A DNA stretch of 57,685 nt from positions 1 through 57,685 of the forward strand of contig CAZMVZ010000006.1 of NCBI GenBank assembly GCA_964570065.1, given 5' to 3'. This DNA is from an uncultured Candidatus Poseidoniales archaeon. Its GTDB lineage: Archaea > Thermoplasmatota > Poseidoniia > Poseidoniales > Thalassarchaeaceae. Both the position numbers and the translations under genes were made by a program. Shown one piece after another: positions 16,912-27,813 of this stretch. Every line of letters begins with the position of its first letter. The first letter of the stretch is position 1. A model generated the notes under the pieces. That model ran no database searches and was not told the DNA's origin. It saw only the letters and a list, made by a program, of their open reading frames with translations.

Positions 16912-18219
16912 GTCTTGGAACCCTTCCTTATCCACTATTCCAACCAACTCCAACTCTCCTGAATTTTTCAGGCCAGTGGGCCTATACAACTTGTTACCAT
17001 GAGTTGTCAGCATCCCTCTTGAAAGCAATCTAGAAAGGCCCATCCATGATAATTGAGGGAGAAAATCAATTTCCGTGGATGCAATCATTTTCTTGGCCTC
17101 GAAGATTGAGGATATCCCCCTGTCTATTCTGCGAAAAACCTCTGACGAATCAACATCGCCCAGGGTCTCGTCCCAGCCCGCGCCTTCAACTTCTCCCACT
17201 ACGAAACCAGTCCTGTTGGCACCTACCCCTACTCTGATAGTGCTATTGTTGGAAGACTCAACAAGGACTCCGCCAATCTTTACCCCATTTTCATTGACAA
17301 TATCATTTGGCCATTTCATATTAGCACCCAAAACTCTTGATACAATAGCACCGATGCTTGTCTGCACAAGTCCCGGCGAGAACCTATCCAGTAATTCGGC
17401 GTCCAAACTCCACGTTGCAAACAATCCTCCTTCATCGGAAATCCAGTCCGAACCTCTCCTCCCTCTCCCATTGGTCTGCTTGCTCGAAAGAATTCTCTGC
17501 CAACCTTTCCGAGGAAGCCTCTCTGCCTCATCCATGGTTGATTTGCATGAATCCATCATTGCCGCTTCAACTCCAGATCCAGTTCGCCAGAAACCGATAA
17601 TTTCCACCTTCTCGGAACCATATCTTTCCATACTGAGTGAGCGCCACGACCATCCACTTTTTTCCCAGTCCCGAACTCTGCTACTTCCCTCTGGCTCTGT
17701 CCTCATAACCAAGATTACCATGACATTTTCAGTCAAAGTGGTGCTAATATTCTCCAAGGCATGCAGGAGAACCCGCCCCCATCCACCCCGAGAGATATCG
17801 GTCAGCGCTGCCTCTTCGATCTTCTCTAGAATACTTGGATCGTCCTCATCTTCGTCCAGATAGGGAAGATTCCAAACAATCAATTCCGTATCTTCTTGAA
17901 TTGGCAAATCGACCCCAATCTCGGCTTCGATAATTCTAGCCCTCCCAGATAGTCCATTAGCATCCAAGTTTCCCCTTGCGCAGGCTACAGCATATGGATT
18001 CACATCACAGGCAGTTACTTCCCAACCAAGGGTCGTGAGAACCATGGAAACCAAACCAGATCCGCATCCTATCTCCAGGACCTTGGCACCCGACTTTGGT
18101 GACAGCTTCGAGATAACACGACAAAGCATCATTGTGTCCTCTCTGGGGGGATAAACGGTAGGTGGGACGAATACTTCCCATTCACCAACGTCGTCAATGC
18201 GGAACCTCCCAGCTTCCAT
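16870..18219 (-). CDS. HemK2/PrmC-like methyltransferase fused to biotin-protein ligase (BirA catalytic domain)
   Basis: VYPPREDT, LEIGCGSG, WNLPY, then QTNGRGRRG, KWPND, KIGGVLVE, GVGAN; start uncertain (18219 or slightly upstream). Confidence 0.85.
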   Translation of the reverse strand: MEAGRFRIDDVGEWEVFVPPTVYPPREDTMMLCRVISKLSPKSGAKVLEIGCGSGLVSMVLTTLGWEVTACDVNPYAVACARGNLDANGLSGRARIIEAEIGVDLPIQEDTELIVWNLPYLDEDEDDPSILEKIEEAALTDISRGGWGRVLLHALENISTTLTENVMVILVMRTEPEGSSRVRDWEKSGWSWRSLSMERYGSEKVEIIGFWRTGSGVEAAMMDSCKSTMDEAERLPRKGWQRILSSKQTNGRGRRGSDWISDEGGLFATWSLDAELLDRFSPGLVQTSIGAIVSRVLGANMKWPNDIVNENGVKIGGVLVESSNNSTIRVGVGANRTGFVVGEVEGAGWDETLGDVDSSEVFRRIDRGISSIFEAKKMIASTEIDFLPQLSWMGLSRLLSRGMLTTHGNKLYRPTGLKNSGELELVGIVDKEGFQDLDGIEWIIPKSCV

Positions 18220-18415
18220 CAGAATTTTCACTTGCTTTCGAGACAAAATTGTTGCGCCCCGCGACCACCACCGCTCAACAACCTTTATGTCGTCGTCCAA
18301 CGAAGGATGGGCAGTACCGGCTTCCTCCGGTACCTCTCGCAGATTTGCGGGAGCGATGCTGTGCGCAAGCCTTTTGAACCCCCCTAGGGTCGGAGGATAG
18401 CCCAGCATCAGCCAT

Positions 18416-18489
18416 GGGCCTGTAGCTTAGTCAGGTAGAGCGCCGGGCTTTTAACCCGGTGGCCGGGGGTTCGAATCCCCTCAGGCCCG
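18416..18489 (+). tRNA. tRNA-Lys(UUU)
   Basis: Acceptor stem GGGCCTG/CAGGCCC, anticodon arm CCGGG-CTTTTAA-CCCGG, T-loop GTTCGAATC. Confidence 0.97.
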
Positions 18490-18537
18490 CCTGATAGGAC
18501 TGCAGGCCAACGGTTTTTTACGGGCGGGGGTAGCAAC

Positions 18538-19125
18538 ATGGCCGTAAAGAGCTCAACTAAAAAGAGATTGATAGAGCTGGGAATTCCAGAAGACCACGCA
18601 CACAAATTAGCCGATGACGCAAATCTGGATGCAATTAAGAGAATGTCACGCGAGCAAGTCGCGAAGAAGGTCGGCATAGAGGAGGGCGAATCTGAGCTCG
18701 ATCATATCATGACTGTAATCAGTGAACACGTGGGCTCTAGGAAGAGGAGCAAGAGTAATCGAATCACAATCTCGAGGAAGGCTCTATTGGATGAAGATAT
18801 TCCCACTGGCGACTATAGATTCAATGTCCTCAATCACTTCCTAGTCCCTCATCATGAATTGGTCCCCATAGACTCTGAGGCAGAGGTTCTGGAACCATGG
18901 GGTCTTACTACCGACGATGCCTTCGGCACCGGTAGACTCGCCAAGGAACTCTTGCCCAAGATTCTGATCACAGATCCTGCAATCCAGGTGATAAAGGAGA
19001 TGGAAGAATCAGAGAATGATGAATTGCCAGCCGGTTGGCTTGCAAACAGGGTTGTCAAGGTAATACGTTACAGTCGTTCTGCTGGAAATTCTGTGGCCTT
19101 TCGCTTAATCGTGGAGAGCGCATAA
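18538..19125 (+). CDS. rpoH: RNA polymerase subunit H (Rpo5) with ~90-aa N-terminal extension
   Basis: FNVLNHFLVPHHEL...LPKILITDPA...VVKVIRYSRSAG...FRLIV; first gene of the rpo operon. Confidence 0.92.
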   Translation: MAVKSSTKKRLIELGIPEDHAHKLADDANLDAIKRMSREQVAKKVGIEEGESELDHIMTVISEHVGSRKRSKSNRITISRKALLDEDIPTGDYRFNVLNHFLVPHHELVPIDSEAEVLEPWGLTTDDAFGTGRLAKELLPKILITDPAIQVIKEMEESENDELPAGWLANRVVKVIRYSRSAGNSVAFRLIVESA

Positions 19126-19142
19126 ATTTGGAGATGTAAAAA

Positions 19143-22100
19143 ATGAAGGAGATTGTTGAGAGCTATTTCAAACAGAGAAGCCTAGTGAACCATCAGCTTG
19201 CTTCGTACAATGACTGTATACCAGTCGGTGACGGAAAGGAAAGCAGGATGGAGAAGATTGTTAGAAACATCAGGATTGGAAGCGATGAGCCCTTTGAAGA
19301 TGATGAGGGCGGCCTCGTAAAGCTAGACCTTCTCGATAAGGAAATTATTGTCCGACTGAAGAATCTTCGATTAGGCAGGCCCACGATAAAGGAGGCTAAC
19401 GGTGCAGAACACCATGCAACTCCGATGGAGTGCAGGCTTCGGAAGCTAACATACTTCTCACCAGTCTACTTGGACTTCAAGATCTTCCGTGACGATTTGC
19501 CCCCTTCTCCGGGGAGTGAAATGGGATTCCAAGAAGAGACGAGTGTACACATTGGAAACCTCCCCATTATGGTTCGCTCCGCACGATGCAACCTGAATCA
19601 TAATCACATAGACGAGAATAGACGCCTATCTCCTGATACTTCGGGTGAAGATTCAGAGAGATACACACAACTTCTGAGAAAGTCGGGAGAGGACCCTCTT
19701 GATCCCGGTGGATATTTCATTATCAACGGAACTGAAAGGGTGCTAATCTCAATGGAGGACCTTGCTCCAAATAGGGTTACAGTTGAGAAGAACAAGAAGT
19801 ATGCTCACGAAACTCAGGTCGCGAAGATTTTCTCTCAAAAGGACGGAGTCAGAAAACCACTCAATGTAGAGAAGAGGAGAGATGGGATGCTAATGGTAAA
19901 GATTCCAAGCGCCGGGACCACACCAATCCCGCTTGTCCTGTTGATGAGGGCTCTTGGAGTGGAAAATGACAGGGAGATTTTCGCATCCATAGCCGGCCCC
20001 CCCGAAGCAATGAAGTTCACAGTGGCCAATCTAAACGATCTCAGAGATAACGAGGAATACGGAGTTGATACTTCTGAAGAGGCCCTGGCCTGGCTCGAGA
20101 AGAAGTTTGCAGCAGGGCAGCAGAAAGAGTACCGTGAGTCGCGTATCCAGAATCTTCTTGATAACGAACTTCTTCCTCATCTTGGGTCCAACATAGACAA
20201 TAGGGAGAAGAAAGCAATTTTCCTCGGAAGAATTGCGCGGCAAGTTCTCGAGATGGCAATTATGGACAAGGATCCGAACGACAAGGACCACTATGCAAAC
20301 AAGCGTGTGAGGTTGGCTGGAGACCTGATAGAGGACCTGTTCAGGGTTAGTCTACAACAACTCGCGAGAGATTTGAAGTATCAGTTAGAGAGGCACCACA
20401 ACAGGAAGAGAGAACTCCGAATCTCCTCGTGCCTCAGGCCAGACGTCCTGACAACGAAGATTATGCATGCTCTGGCTACAGGAAACTGGGTCGGCGGCAG
20501 ATCCGGAGTCAGCCAACTTCTCGACAGAACAACGTATCTTTCAGCACTCTCCCACATGAGGAGAGTTACGAGCCCACTCGTCAGGAGCCAACCCCACTTC
20601 GAGGCAAGGGACCTGCACCCAACACAATGGGGGAGGCTATGCCCCAACGAAACCCCGGAAGGGCAGAATTGCGGACTCGTGAAGAATGCAGCCCAAATGA
20701 TCGACGTCTCAGAGGAAGTCCCAGAGAACGACGTGAAGGCTTTGCTTAAGGAAGCCGGCGTCAACGATAACCCAGATGGATGGGCCGACGGTTCACGAAT
20801 CCACGTAAATGGCGATATCTTCGGTCTTCACAAGAGGCCACAAAAGCTTGTTAGTCAATTCAAGAGGAGGAGGCGTTCTGGCAGAATCAGGCCAGAGGTA
20901 AGCATTAGACACGATCTAGAGAATCGCGACGTTTACATCAATACAGACAGAGGGAGAATGCTCCGCCCACTTCTGATTATCGATCACGGGAGTCTTCAGA
21001 TTACAAAGATGCACCTAGAAGGCCTCAACTCGGGAGAGATAACATTCTCAGATCTTGTTTCGGGAGGAGTGGTCGAGTGGGTGGATGCAGAGGAAGAAGA
21101 AGACTTGCTAATTGCACCAAGGCCATTCGATCTACCAGCACACTCACCGAAGAACAACCGTCCAATCAACCCTGCAAAGGTGGAGTGGACCAACTTGGGC
21201 GAGCATGGAATTTCTCATGCCAAGATTTCTGCTGAGGTAATGATGCCCAATGGAGAAGCTAAGGTTGAGAAATTCAAGGTTCCACTAAATTACTACCAAG
21301 ACAATATTGACGTGCTGAAGAGAAAGGAGAAGAAGGACAACACAGTTCTTGTTTTCACGCACGTAGAGATAGACCCACAGCTGATAATGGGTGTCTGCGC
21401 CTCTTTGGTGCCTTACCCAGAGCACAACTCAACTCCTAGAGTTACAGGCGGGACCGCTATGGTCAAGCAAAGCCTCGGTGTTGCCAGTGCAAACTTCAGG
21501 CTCAGGCCAGATACCAGAGCCCATGTGATGCATTACCCTCAGCGTTCAATCGTAGGAACCAGGGCAATGACGTCCACAAAGTTCGACCAGAGGCCCGGTG
21601 GACAGAATTTCGTCGTAGCAATTGTCAGCCATCATGGTTACAATATGCAAGATGCGGTGATAATGAACAGGGCATCCGTTGAGAGGGCACTCGGTAGATC
21701 AGCATTCATCAGGACATACAATGCGGAAAACAAGAGATTCCCAGGCGGCCAAGAAGAGAGAATCGAAGTTCCCGGAACTGGCCTAGACGAAATAAAGGGG
21801 CTCAAATCATGGGATGCTTATTCACACTTGGAAAGGGATGGCCTTCCCGTACCCGAGGTCGAACTAACCAGCCAAGAGGGAGGTAGGGGCATACTCGTCG
21901 GTAAGACAAGCCCACCTAGATTCCTCGAAGAGTCCCATGGTGCATTCCTACAAGCCCAAGAGAGGCGCGAATCATCAATGATGGTGAGGCATGGAGAGCA
22001 GGGATGGGTCGACAACATCTTCGTCACCGAGTCACTTGACTCAGGCAGACTAGTGAGGATAACACTACGCACTAACAAGATACCAGAGCTCGGCGATAAG

Positions 22101-22835
22101 TTCGCTAGCCGTCACGGGCAGAAGGGGATTATCGGAAGGTTGGTTGAGCAGGAGGATATGCCATTTACTGAAGATGGAGTAATCCCTGACCTTCTGATTA
22201 ACCCGCACGCCATCCCTTCTAGGATGACTGTTGCCCACGTCCTGGAAATGATTGGCGGCAAGGTCGGCTCAATGGAGGGGAGGAGAATTGATGGAACTGC
22301 ATTCACAGGCGAGAAGGAGGAGTCACTTCGTTCAGGGCTACTCAGGAATGGCCTTAGGCATACAGGAAGAGAGTCAATGATCAACGGCGAGACTGGCGAG
22401 AGCTTCCCGGTCGAAACTTTCGTTGGAGTGATTTACTACCAGAGGCTACATCACTTGGTCAGCAGCAAACTACACGCACGCAGTAGGGGTAGAGTCCAGA
22501 TCCTCACAAGGCAGCCAACCGAGGGGCGCGCTCGACAAGGCGGTCTAAGGTTCGGTGAGATGGAGAGAGACTGCCTCATTTCCCATGGGGCATCGATGGT
22601 AATCAAGGATAGATTGCTGGATGAGTCCGATGGTTGGAATCTGATGGTCTGCAACACCCCCCGTTGTGGGCATATTGCATACTACGACTGGAAGCGAAGA
22701 ACCACCATCTGCCCAGTATGCGGTGATAGATCAGATGTCCATTCGGTCCAAACATCTTACGCTTTCAAGCTACTCCTGGATGAGATGAAGAGTCTTGGAG
22801 TGGCAATGAGACTAGAACTGGAGGATAGAAGATGA
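19143..22835 (+). CDS. rpoB: RNA polymerase subunit B (Rpo2, unsplit)
   Basis: GGYFIINGTERV, ETPEGQNCGLVKN, GDKFASRHGQKG, GGLRFGEMERD. Confidence 0.99.
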   Translation: MKEIVESYFKQRSLVNHQLASYNDCIPVGDGKESRMEKIVRNIRIGSDEPFEDDEGGLVKLDLLDKEIIVRLKNLRLGRPTIKEANGAEHHATPMECRLRKLTYFSPVYLDFKIFRDDLPPSPGSEMGFQEETSVHIGNLPIMVRSARCNLNHNHIDENRRLSPDTSGEDSERYTQLLRKSGEDPLDPGGYFIINGTERVLISMEDLAPNRVTVEKNKKYAHETQVAKIFSQKDGVRKPLNVEKRRDGMLMVKIPSAGTTPIPLVLLMRALGVENDREIFASIAGPPEAMKFTVANLNDLRDNEEYGVDTSEEALAWLEKKFAAGQQKEYRESRIQNLLDNELLPHLGSNIDNREKKAIFLGRIARQVLEMAIMDKDPNDKDHYANKRVRLAGDLIEDLFRVSLQQLARDLKYQLERHHNRKRELRISSCLRPDVLTTKIMHALATGNWVGGRSGVSQLLDRTTYLSALSHMRRVTSPLVRSQPHFEARDLHPTQWGRLCPNETPEGQNCGLVKNAAQMIDVSEEVPENDVKALLKEAGVNDNPDGWADGSRIHVNGDIFGLHKRPQKLVSQFKRRRRSGRIRPEVSIRHDLENRDVYINTDRGRMLRPLLIIDHGSLQITKMHLEGLNSGEITFSDLVSGGVVEWVDAEEEEDLLIAPRPFDLPAHSPKNNRPINPAKVEWTNLGEHGISHAKISAEVMMPNGEAKVEKFKVPLNYYQDNIDVLKRKEKKDNTVLVFTHVEIDPQLIMGVCASLVPYPEHNSTPRVTGGTAMVKQSLGVASANFRLRPDTRAHVMHYPQRSIVGTRAMTSTKFDQRPGGQNFVVAIVSHHGYNMQDAVIMNRASVERALGRSAFIRTYNAENKRFPGGQEERIEVPGTGLDEIKGLKSWDAYSHLERDGLPVPEVELTSQEGGRGILVGKTSPPRFLEESHGAFLQAQERRESSMMVRHGEQGWVDNIFVTESLDSGRLVRITLRTNKIPELGDKFASRHGQKGIIGRLVEQEDMPFTEDGVIPDLLINPHAIPSRMTVAHVLEMIGGKVGSMEGRRIDGTAFTGEKEESLRSGLLRNGLRHTGRESMINGETGESFPVETFVGVIYYQRLHHLVSSKLHARSRGRVQILTRQPTEGRARQGGLRFGEMERDCLISHGASMVIKDRLLDESDGWNLMVCNTPRCGHIAYYDWKRRTTICPVCGDRSDVHSVQTSYAFKLLLDEMKSLGVAMRLELEDRR

Positions 22836-25800
22836 GTGCCCGAGATGCAGCCAAGATACCAAAGAGGATTGACTCTATTAGATTCACATTGATGGATCCC
22901 AACGAAATAAGGAAGATGTCTTCCGTCGAGGTCAAGACTGCAGATACCTACAAGGACGATGGACACGCATTCAAGCAGGGACTAATGGATCCCAAGATGG
23001 GAGTAATTGATCCTGGGATCAGGTGTGAAACCTGCGGCAACAAGCATGAGGAGTGCCCAAGCCACTTCGGACACATTGCCCTCGAACTCCCTGTAATGCA
23101 TATCGGTTTTACTGGGTTGATCAAGACATGCCTGAAGACTACCTGCAACTCTTGCAGCAAGGCTCTACTGCTTGATGCACCAGAGTCCCATCCAACCGAT
23201 CCCGAGAAGTCTGAACAGGACTACTACAGGGATCGTGTAAATGACATCATACTGAAGCATGGAGTTGGAGGAAGGGAGTTCAAGAAGATCATCAAGGATA
23301 TTGAAAATCTCTGTGCTGGTGCAAAGAGGGCAATCTGCATGCATTGCGGTGCTGAACAAGGCAAGATTGTCCTGGACAAACCTACGACCTTCAAAGAAAA
23401 GAAGGCTGACAAGGGAGAGCACAAGCTGAATGCCCGAGATATCAGGGAATGGCTTGAGAAAATTCCCGATGAGCATCTAATTTTCGTTGGAATGGAGAGC
23501 GATGTCAGCAGGCCAGAATGGACGATAATGAAGGTCCTTCCCGTCCCACCAATAACCGTCAGGCCATCAATCACACTAGAGAGTGGCGACAGATCAGAAG
23601 ACGACTTGACGCACAAGTTGGTAGATGTTCTTAGGATTAATCAGCGACTTAGGGAGAATCGAGATTCAGGTGCTCCACAACTCATCGTGGAAGATCTTTG
23701 GGAACTTCTCCAATATCACTGTACTACATACTTCGACAATCAAACTAGTGGAATTCCTCCAGCAAGGCATCGTTCTGGACGCCCACTCAAGACTCTCTCC
23801 CAGAGACTAAAGGGCAAAGAAGGAAGATTCAGAAGCAACCTGTCTGGTAAAAGGGTGAATTTCTGCGCAAGAACAGTAATCAGCCCTGATCCGAATCTTG
23901 GAATAAATGAAGTCGGCGTGCCTGTGAAGACCGCAAAGGAACTCACCGTCCCCATCAGGGCAACGAGCAGAAACCGCGAACAACTGAGGCAGATGATCCT
24001 ACGTGGCCCAGATGTCCACCCGGGTGTGAACTATATCATCAGAGGCGATAGATTCAGAGTGAGGATAACTGATAGGACCAAGTACATCTGGGCCGGCTTC
24101 AGATGCTTGAACCCCGAATGCCATTCGGGAAGCGAGGAAGAACCCTACACTGGGTACAGGCCTGACTTGAATGAGGTGCTACCAGCACCCAACTTCCTTC
24201 CTGGACTTGTTCTGAGAGAGCAGATGCGGAGAGATCCGATGACCGATGCACTAGTTCCCGAATGGAGTGTCAATCTCGATGGGACACTATCGAATCTCAG
24301 GGGCGAGGGGGGCGATGGTAAGCCATTGGCTGAAGATGACCCCGATGCAGCAATTCACTATAGGTGGAAGTGGGAGGTAAATAACCCCGAAGAATATCTT
24401 CCAGAGCACCTAGAGGTCAAGTGCCCGCACTGTGGTAGTCCAGAGATTGAGGACGAGCATGGAAATGTCTACCCCACGGACACAGAAGACAGATTAAGCA
24501 CATATGACAGAGAAGGCAACCCTCGCCCGGGTGTCGTCGTTGAAAGGCATCTGATTGACGGTGACGTAACCATCTTCAATCGTCAACCATCCCTACACAG
24601 GATGTCGATGCTTGTCCACGAAATAAGAGTCATGGATGGGAAGACGTTCAGGTTCAATCTAGCAGATTGCACTCCCTACAATGCAGATTTCGACGGCGAC
24701 GAAATGAATCTCCACGTAATCCAGAGCGAGGAAGCCAGAGCTGAGGCTAGAATACTGATGCGGGTCCAAGAGCACATTATCTCCCCAAGGTACGGAGGTA
24801 GTGTAATCGGGGGAATACATGACCACATCACTGGTGCATACCTCCTCACCCATGGGGAGGCATTCCTGCCCATGCATGTGGCAATGGACGTATTGAGCTC
24901 AATTGGTTGGGAGGGAGACCTGCCCGAAACAGTCGAGAGAAACGGACAGACTGGATTCCTCGGAAATCAGATATTCAGCCTATTGGTCCGCGGAGGCTTC
25001 AGCCTCAACTTCAAGAATAGAGCCGGCGAAGACGTTCACGTGACTAAAGGTGATGTTTCCGGATCAATTGACAAGAGAGGAATCGGTGCCGAGGACGGAC
25101 GCCTTCTAGATGCAGTAGTCCAGACTCACGGAACTGATCTGGGAGCAGATTTCATCAACAAGATGACGAAGATGACTATCGCAATTTGCACAGCAATGGG
25201 ATTCACTACTGGAATTGACGACGAGGACCTCCCTCCAGAGGCCAAGGATGAGATTGCTAGAATCAACTCTCAGGCCAGCTCCGACGTAGATGCAGAATTG
25301 GAGAAATTCGGAAAGGATGGTAGGAAATACGAGGCTCGCCCGGGTCGAACCCCTCATGAGACCCTTGAAGAGAATATCCTCACTATCCTGGATGCCGCCA
25401 AGGCCGAGACCGGTAATGTGGCAAAGAAAGAACTGGGCGATGACAACTCAGCGGTACTGATGGCTACTTCCGGTGCTCGAGGCTCTATGGATAACCTAGC
25501 GATGATGGCCGGATCCATCGGTCAGCCGAAAGTCAGAGGTAAGAGGCTCGAGAGAGGGTACCAAGACCGCGTTCTATCTCACTTCCCAAGGAAGGTAAAG
25601 GGTTCCAAGGAGAAGGGCTTCGTATCTTCTTCCTTCAAGAGGGGACTAGAGCCTACAGAGTTCTTCATGCTGTCCGTATCGGGTAGGGAGTCCCTGGTCG
25701 ATACAGCCGTGAGGACGAGCAAATCCGGATACATGCAAAGGCGCCTGATTAATGCAATGGACGATCTAAAGGTTGCAAACGATAAGATGGCCTCAGTGAG

Positions 25801-25927
25801 GAACACTGCTAACAGAATCATCCAATTCGAATATGGCGAGGATGGCACAGACCCAGCCCGAAGTAGAAAGGGAAGCCCTTTCGACGTAGACCAAGTTCTG
25901 AATGACGCATTGGGGGGTGCTAACTGA
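22832..25927 (+). CDS. rpoA1: RNA polymerase subunit A' (Rpo1N)
   Basis: Clamp Zn sites, [15 protein letters not shown], catalytic [22 protein letters not shown]. Confidence 0.99.
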   Translation: MSARDAAKIPKRIDSIRFTLMDPNEIRKMSSVEVKTADTYKDDGHAFKQGLMDPKMGVIDPGIRCETCGNKHEECPSHFGHIALELPVMHIGFTGLIKTCLKTTCNSCSKALLLDAPESHPTDPEKSEQDYYRDRVNDIILKHGVGGREFKKIIKDIENLCAGAKRAICMHCGAEQGKIVLDKPTTFKEKKADKGEHKLNARDIREWLEKIPDEHLIFVGMESDVSRPEWTIMKVLPVPPITVRPSITLESGDRSEDDLTHKLVDVLRINQRLRENRDSGAPQLIVEDLWELLQYHCTTYFDNQTSGIPPARHRSGRPLKTLSQRLKGKEGRFRSNLSGKRVNFCARTVISPDPNLGINEVGVPVKTAKELTVPIRATSRNREQLRQMILRGPDVHPGVNYIIRGDRFRVRITDRTKYIWAGFRCLNPECHSGSEEEPYTGYRPDLNEVLPAPNFLPGLVLREQMRRDPMTDALVPEWSVNLDGTLSNLRGEGGDGKPLAEDDPDAAIHYRWKWEVNNPEEYLPEHLEVKCPHCGSPEIEDEHGNVYPTDTEDRLSTYDREGNPRPGVVVERHLIDGDVTIFNRQPSLHRMSMLVHEIRVMDGKTFRFNLADCTPYNADFDGDEMNLHVIQSEEARAEARILMRVQEHIISPRYGGSVIGGIHDHITGAYLLTHGEAFLPMHVAMDVLSSIGWEGDLPETVERNGQTGFLGNQIFSLLVRGGFSLNFKNRAGEDVHVTKGDVSGSIDKRGIGAEDGRLLDAVVQTHGTDLGADFINKMTKMTIAICTAMGFTTGIDDEDLPPEAKDEIARINSQASSDVDAELEKFGKDGRKYEARPGRTPHETLEENILTILDAAKAETGNVAKKELGDDNSAVLMATSGARGSMDNLAMMAGSIGQPKVRGKRLERGYQDRVLSHFPRKVKGSKEKGFVSSSFKRGLEPTEFFMLSVSGRESLVDTAVRTSKSGYMQRRLINAMDDLKVANDKMASVRNTANRIIQFEYGEDGTDPARSRKGSPFDVDQVLNDALGGAN

Positions 25928-27507
25928 TGGTAGTTAAGAGTGCAACAAAGAAGAAATTGATGGATCTCGGCATCGAGGAGGAGTATGCACACAAGCTAGC
26001 CGACGACAGAAAGTGGGACGACGTTAAGGGACTCTCTCCCGGGCAAATTGCTCAGATCTGCGGGATAGACTCGGGAACGTCTCAGAGAATCCACGATGTA
26101 ATGGCAAGCTCCATAAAATCATCCAGATCCTCTACTGCAAGTTCTGAGAAGACCATTGTAAGGCGTCGAACCGTCTCTAGACGAAGAAGAACTACGCGCT
26201 CTCTACCGTTGCAGGATTACGACTATGATTCGAAAATGGCACAACTTATCCGTGACATTGACCACGAAGATGAGATGTATATCCAACTTAACAAAGCCGC
26301 AACAAAAACGGGTTCGAACATGACTCCAAGGATGCTTGATCAACTAGTAAAGGGCCTCCAAAGCAGGGGAGAGAAGAAATTGACCGATGCCAAAGCAAAG
26401 AAGATCATCAACTCTGCAAACCATTTCTACATTGATTCTAAGGCAGTTCCTCACGAAGCCGTAGGCATCACTACCGCCCAGTCAATTGGCGAACCTGGAA
26501 CGCAGATGACCATGCGTACTTTCCACTATGCCGGAGTGGCAACTGTAAACGTCACACAGGGTCTTCCAAGGATTATCGAGATCGTCGATGCAAGAAAGGT
26601 ACCCAAGACCCCAACCATGATCATTTACATGGATGAGAAGAATTCCAAAAACAAGCCTCTAAGGACTAATGAGAAACTAGTCAGGGATTTAGCAGCTGCA
26701 ATCGAGACCACTACTGCAATGGATATTGCCACTATCGACGTTGACGTCGCCCAGCGGAACATCGTCCTCCAATTGAACAATCGCAATATGAGGCTGAAGA
26801 AGATGAATGGGGCTGAGGTGAGGGACAAACTTTCCCGCGCACTCCGACTCTACGTCCAAGCCGATAACGACGATCGTCCAAAGTCACTCAGGATCATTCC
26901 TGGCGTAACAAAGGAAGAGGATCTGGCAGATCTAGCATCCGATCCTCCAACATACACCGCTCTTCTCCAACTTGAAGACAAGATCAAGAAACTCCGTTTG
27001 AAGGGTCTGCCAGGAATCAGTAGGGCAACTGTCCAAGGGCCAATGACTGACACGGGCGAGTACTACATTTCCACCATTGGGTCAAACCTTTCGAAGGTCA
27101 GCGAGTTCGATGGAGTAGATAGATCCAGAACTTACACCAACAATATCAATGAGATCCACGACTACCTAGGGATCGAAGCAGCCCGTCAAGCAATTATTAA
27201 CGAAATGTGGGATACCTTGGAAGGAGCTGGTCTTGATGTTGACGTTAGGCACCTCCTCATGGTTTCAGACGTAATGACAACCGGAGGGGAAGTTAGGGCC
27301 ATAGGTCGGCACGGAGTCAGCGGGACCAAGCACTCAATTCTTGCCAGATCGGCTTTCGAAGTCACTGTGACTCACCTATTGAAGGCTGGAGTAATTGGTG
27401 AAAGGGACATGCTATCTGGTGTGACTGAGAACATCATTGTCGGACAGCCAGTAGCTTTGGGTACGGGTAGTGTCGAGTTATTCTACATACCCGAGGAAAC
27501 TAATTGA
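25927..27507 (+). CDS. rpoA2: RNA polymerase subunit A'' (Rpo1C) with N-terminal extension
   Basis: [38 protein letters not shown]. Confidence 0.98.
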   Translation: MVVKSATKKKLMDLGIEEEYAHKLADDRKWDDVKGLSPGQIAQICGIDSGTSQRIHDVMASSIKSSRSSTASSEKTIVRRRTVSRRRRTTRSLPLQDYDYDSKMAQLIRDIDHEDEMYIQLNKAATKTGSNMTPRMLDQLVKGLQSRGEKKLTDAKAKKIINSANHFYIDSKAVPHEAVGITTAQSIGEPGTQMTMRTFHYAGVATVNVTQGLPRIIEIVDARKVPKTPTMIIYMDEKNSKNKPLRTNEKLVRDLAAAIETTTAMDIATIDVDVAQRNIVLQLNNRNMRLKKMNGAEVRDKLSRALRLYVQADNDDRPKSLRIIPGVTKEEDLADLASDPPTYTALLQLEDKIKKLRLKGLPGISRATVQGPMTDTGEYYISTIGSNLSKVSEFDGVDRSRTYTNNINEIHDYLGIEAARQAIINEMWDTLEGAGLDVDVRHLLMVSDVMTTGGEVRAIGRHGVSGTKHSILARSAFEVTVTHLLKAGVIGERDMLSGVTENIIVGQPVALGTGSVELFYIPEETN

Positions 27508-27516
27508 GGTGAAAGA

Positions 27517-27813
27517 ATGGACATCGCTAGACAATTGAAGCAAGGAATAAACACTGGTAACATTGTTTTCGGCCAAAGGCAAACATCATCTGAGTGCACC
27601 AGGGGCGGGGCCAAAATGGTACTCTTTGCCGCTAACTGCCCAGAGTCATTTATCGATGAATTGAGAAATTCCCACCCATCCGTGCCTATGCATCAGGTTA
27701 CCATGGTGAATAGGCAACTTGGTGCAGCATGCGGAAAACCATTCCCAGTAAGCTCTCTTTGCATCATCGATGCAGGACAGAGCGATTTACTTCAGCTCGC
27801 TCCTAACCTTTGA
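27517..27813 (+). CDS. rpl30e: 50S ribosomal protein L30e
   Basis: TGNIVFG, ANCP, LGAACGKPF, IIDAGQSDLL; GAGGTG Shine-Dalgarno upstream; canonical position after rpoA2. Confidence 0.93.
   Translation: MDIARQLKQGINTGNIVFGQRQTSSECTRGGAKMVLFAANCPESFIDELRNSHPSVPMHQVTMVNRQLGAACGKPFPVSSLCIIDAGQSDLLQLAPNL

Noticed and set aside
17075-17863. Long antisense ORFs (e.g. 17075-17863, 28947-29615, 14622-15197, 44877-45425)
   Set aside because: They are codon-mirror shadows of well-supported genes, S/I/L/F-rich and without motifs
18220-18408. N-terminal extension of the 512-aa ORF; also considered as SRP or RNase P RNA
   Set aside because: No methyltransferase similarity in this part, and no SRP helix-8 or RNase P P4 consensus; kept only as an unknown structured element
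24086-24520. Possible intein in RpoA'
   Set aside because: No N-terminal C/S block with C-terminal HN-C/S/T and no LAGLIDADG motifs
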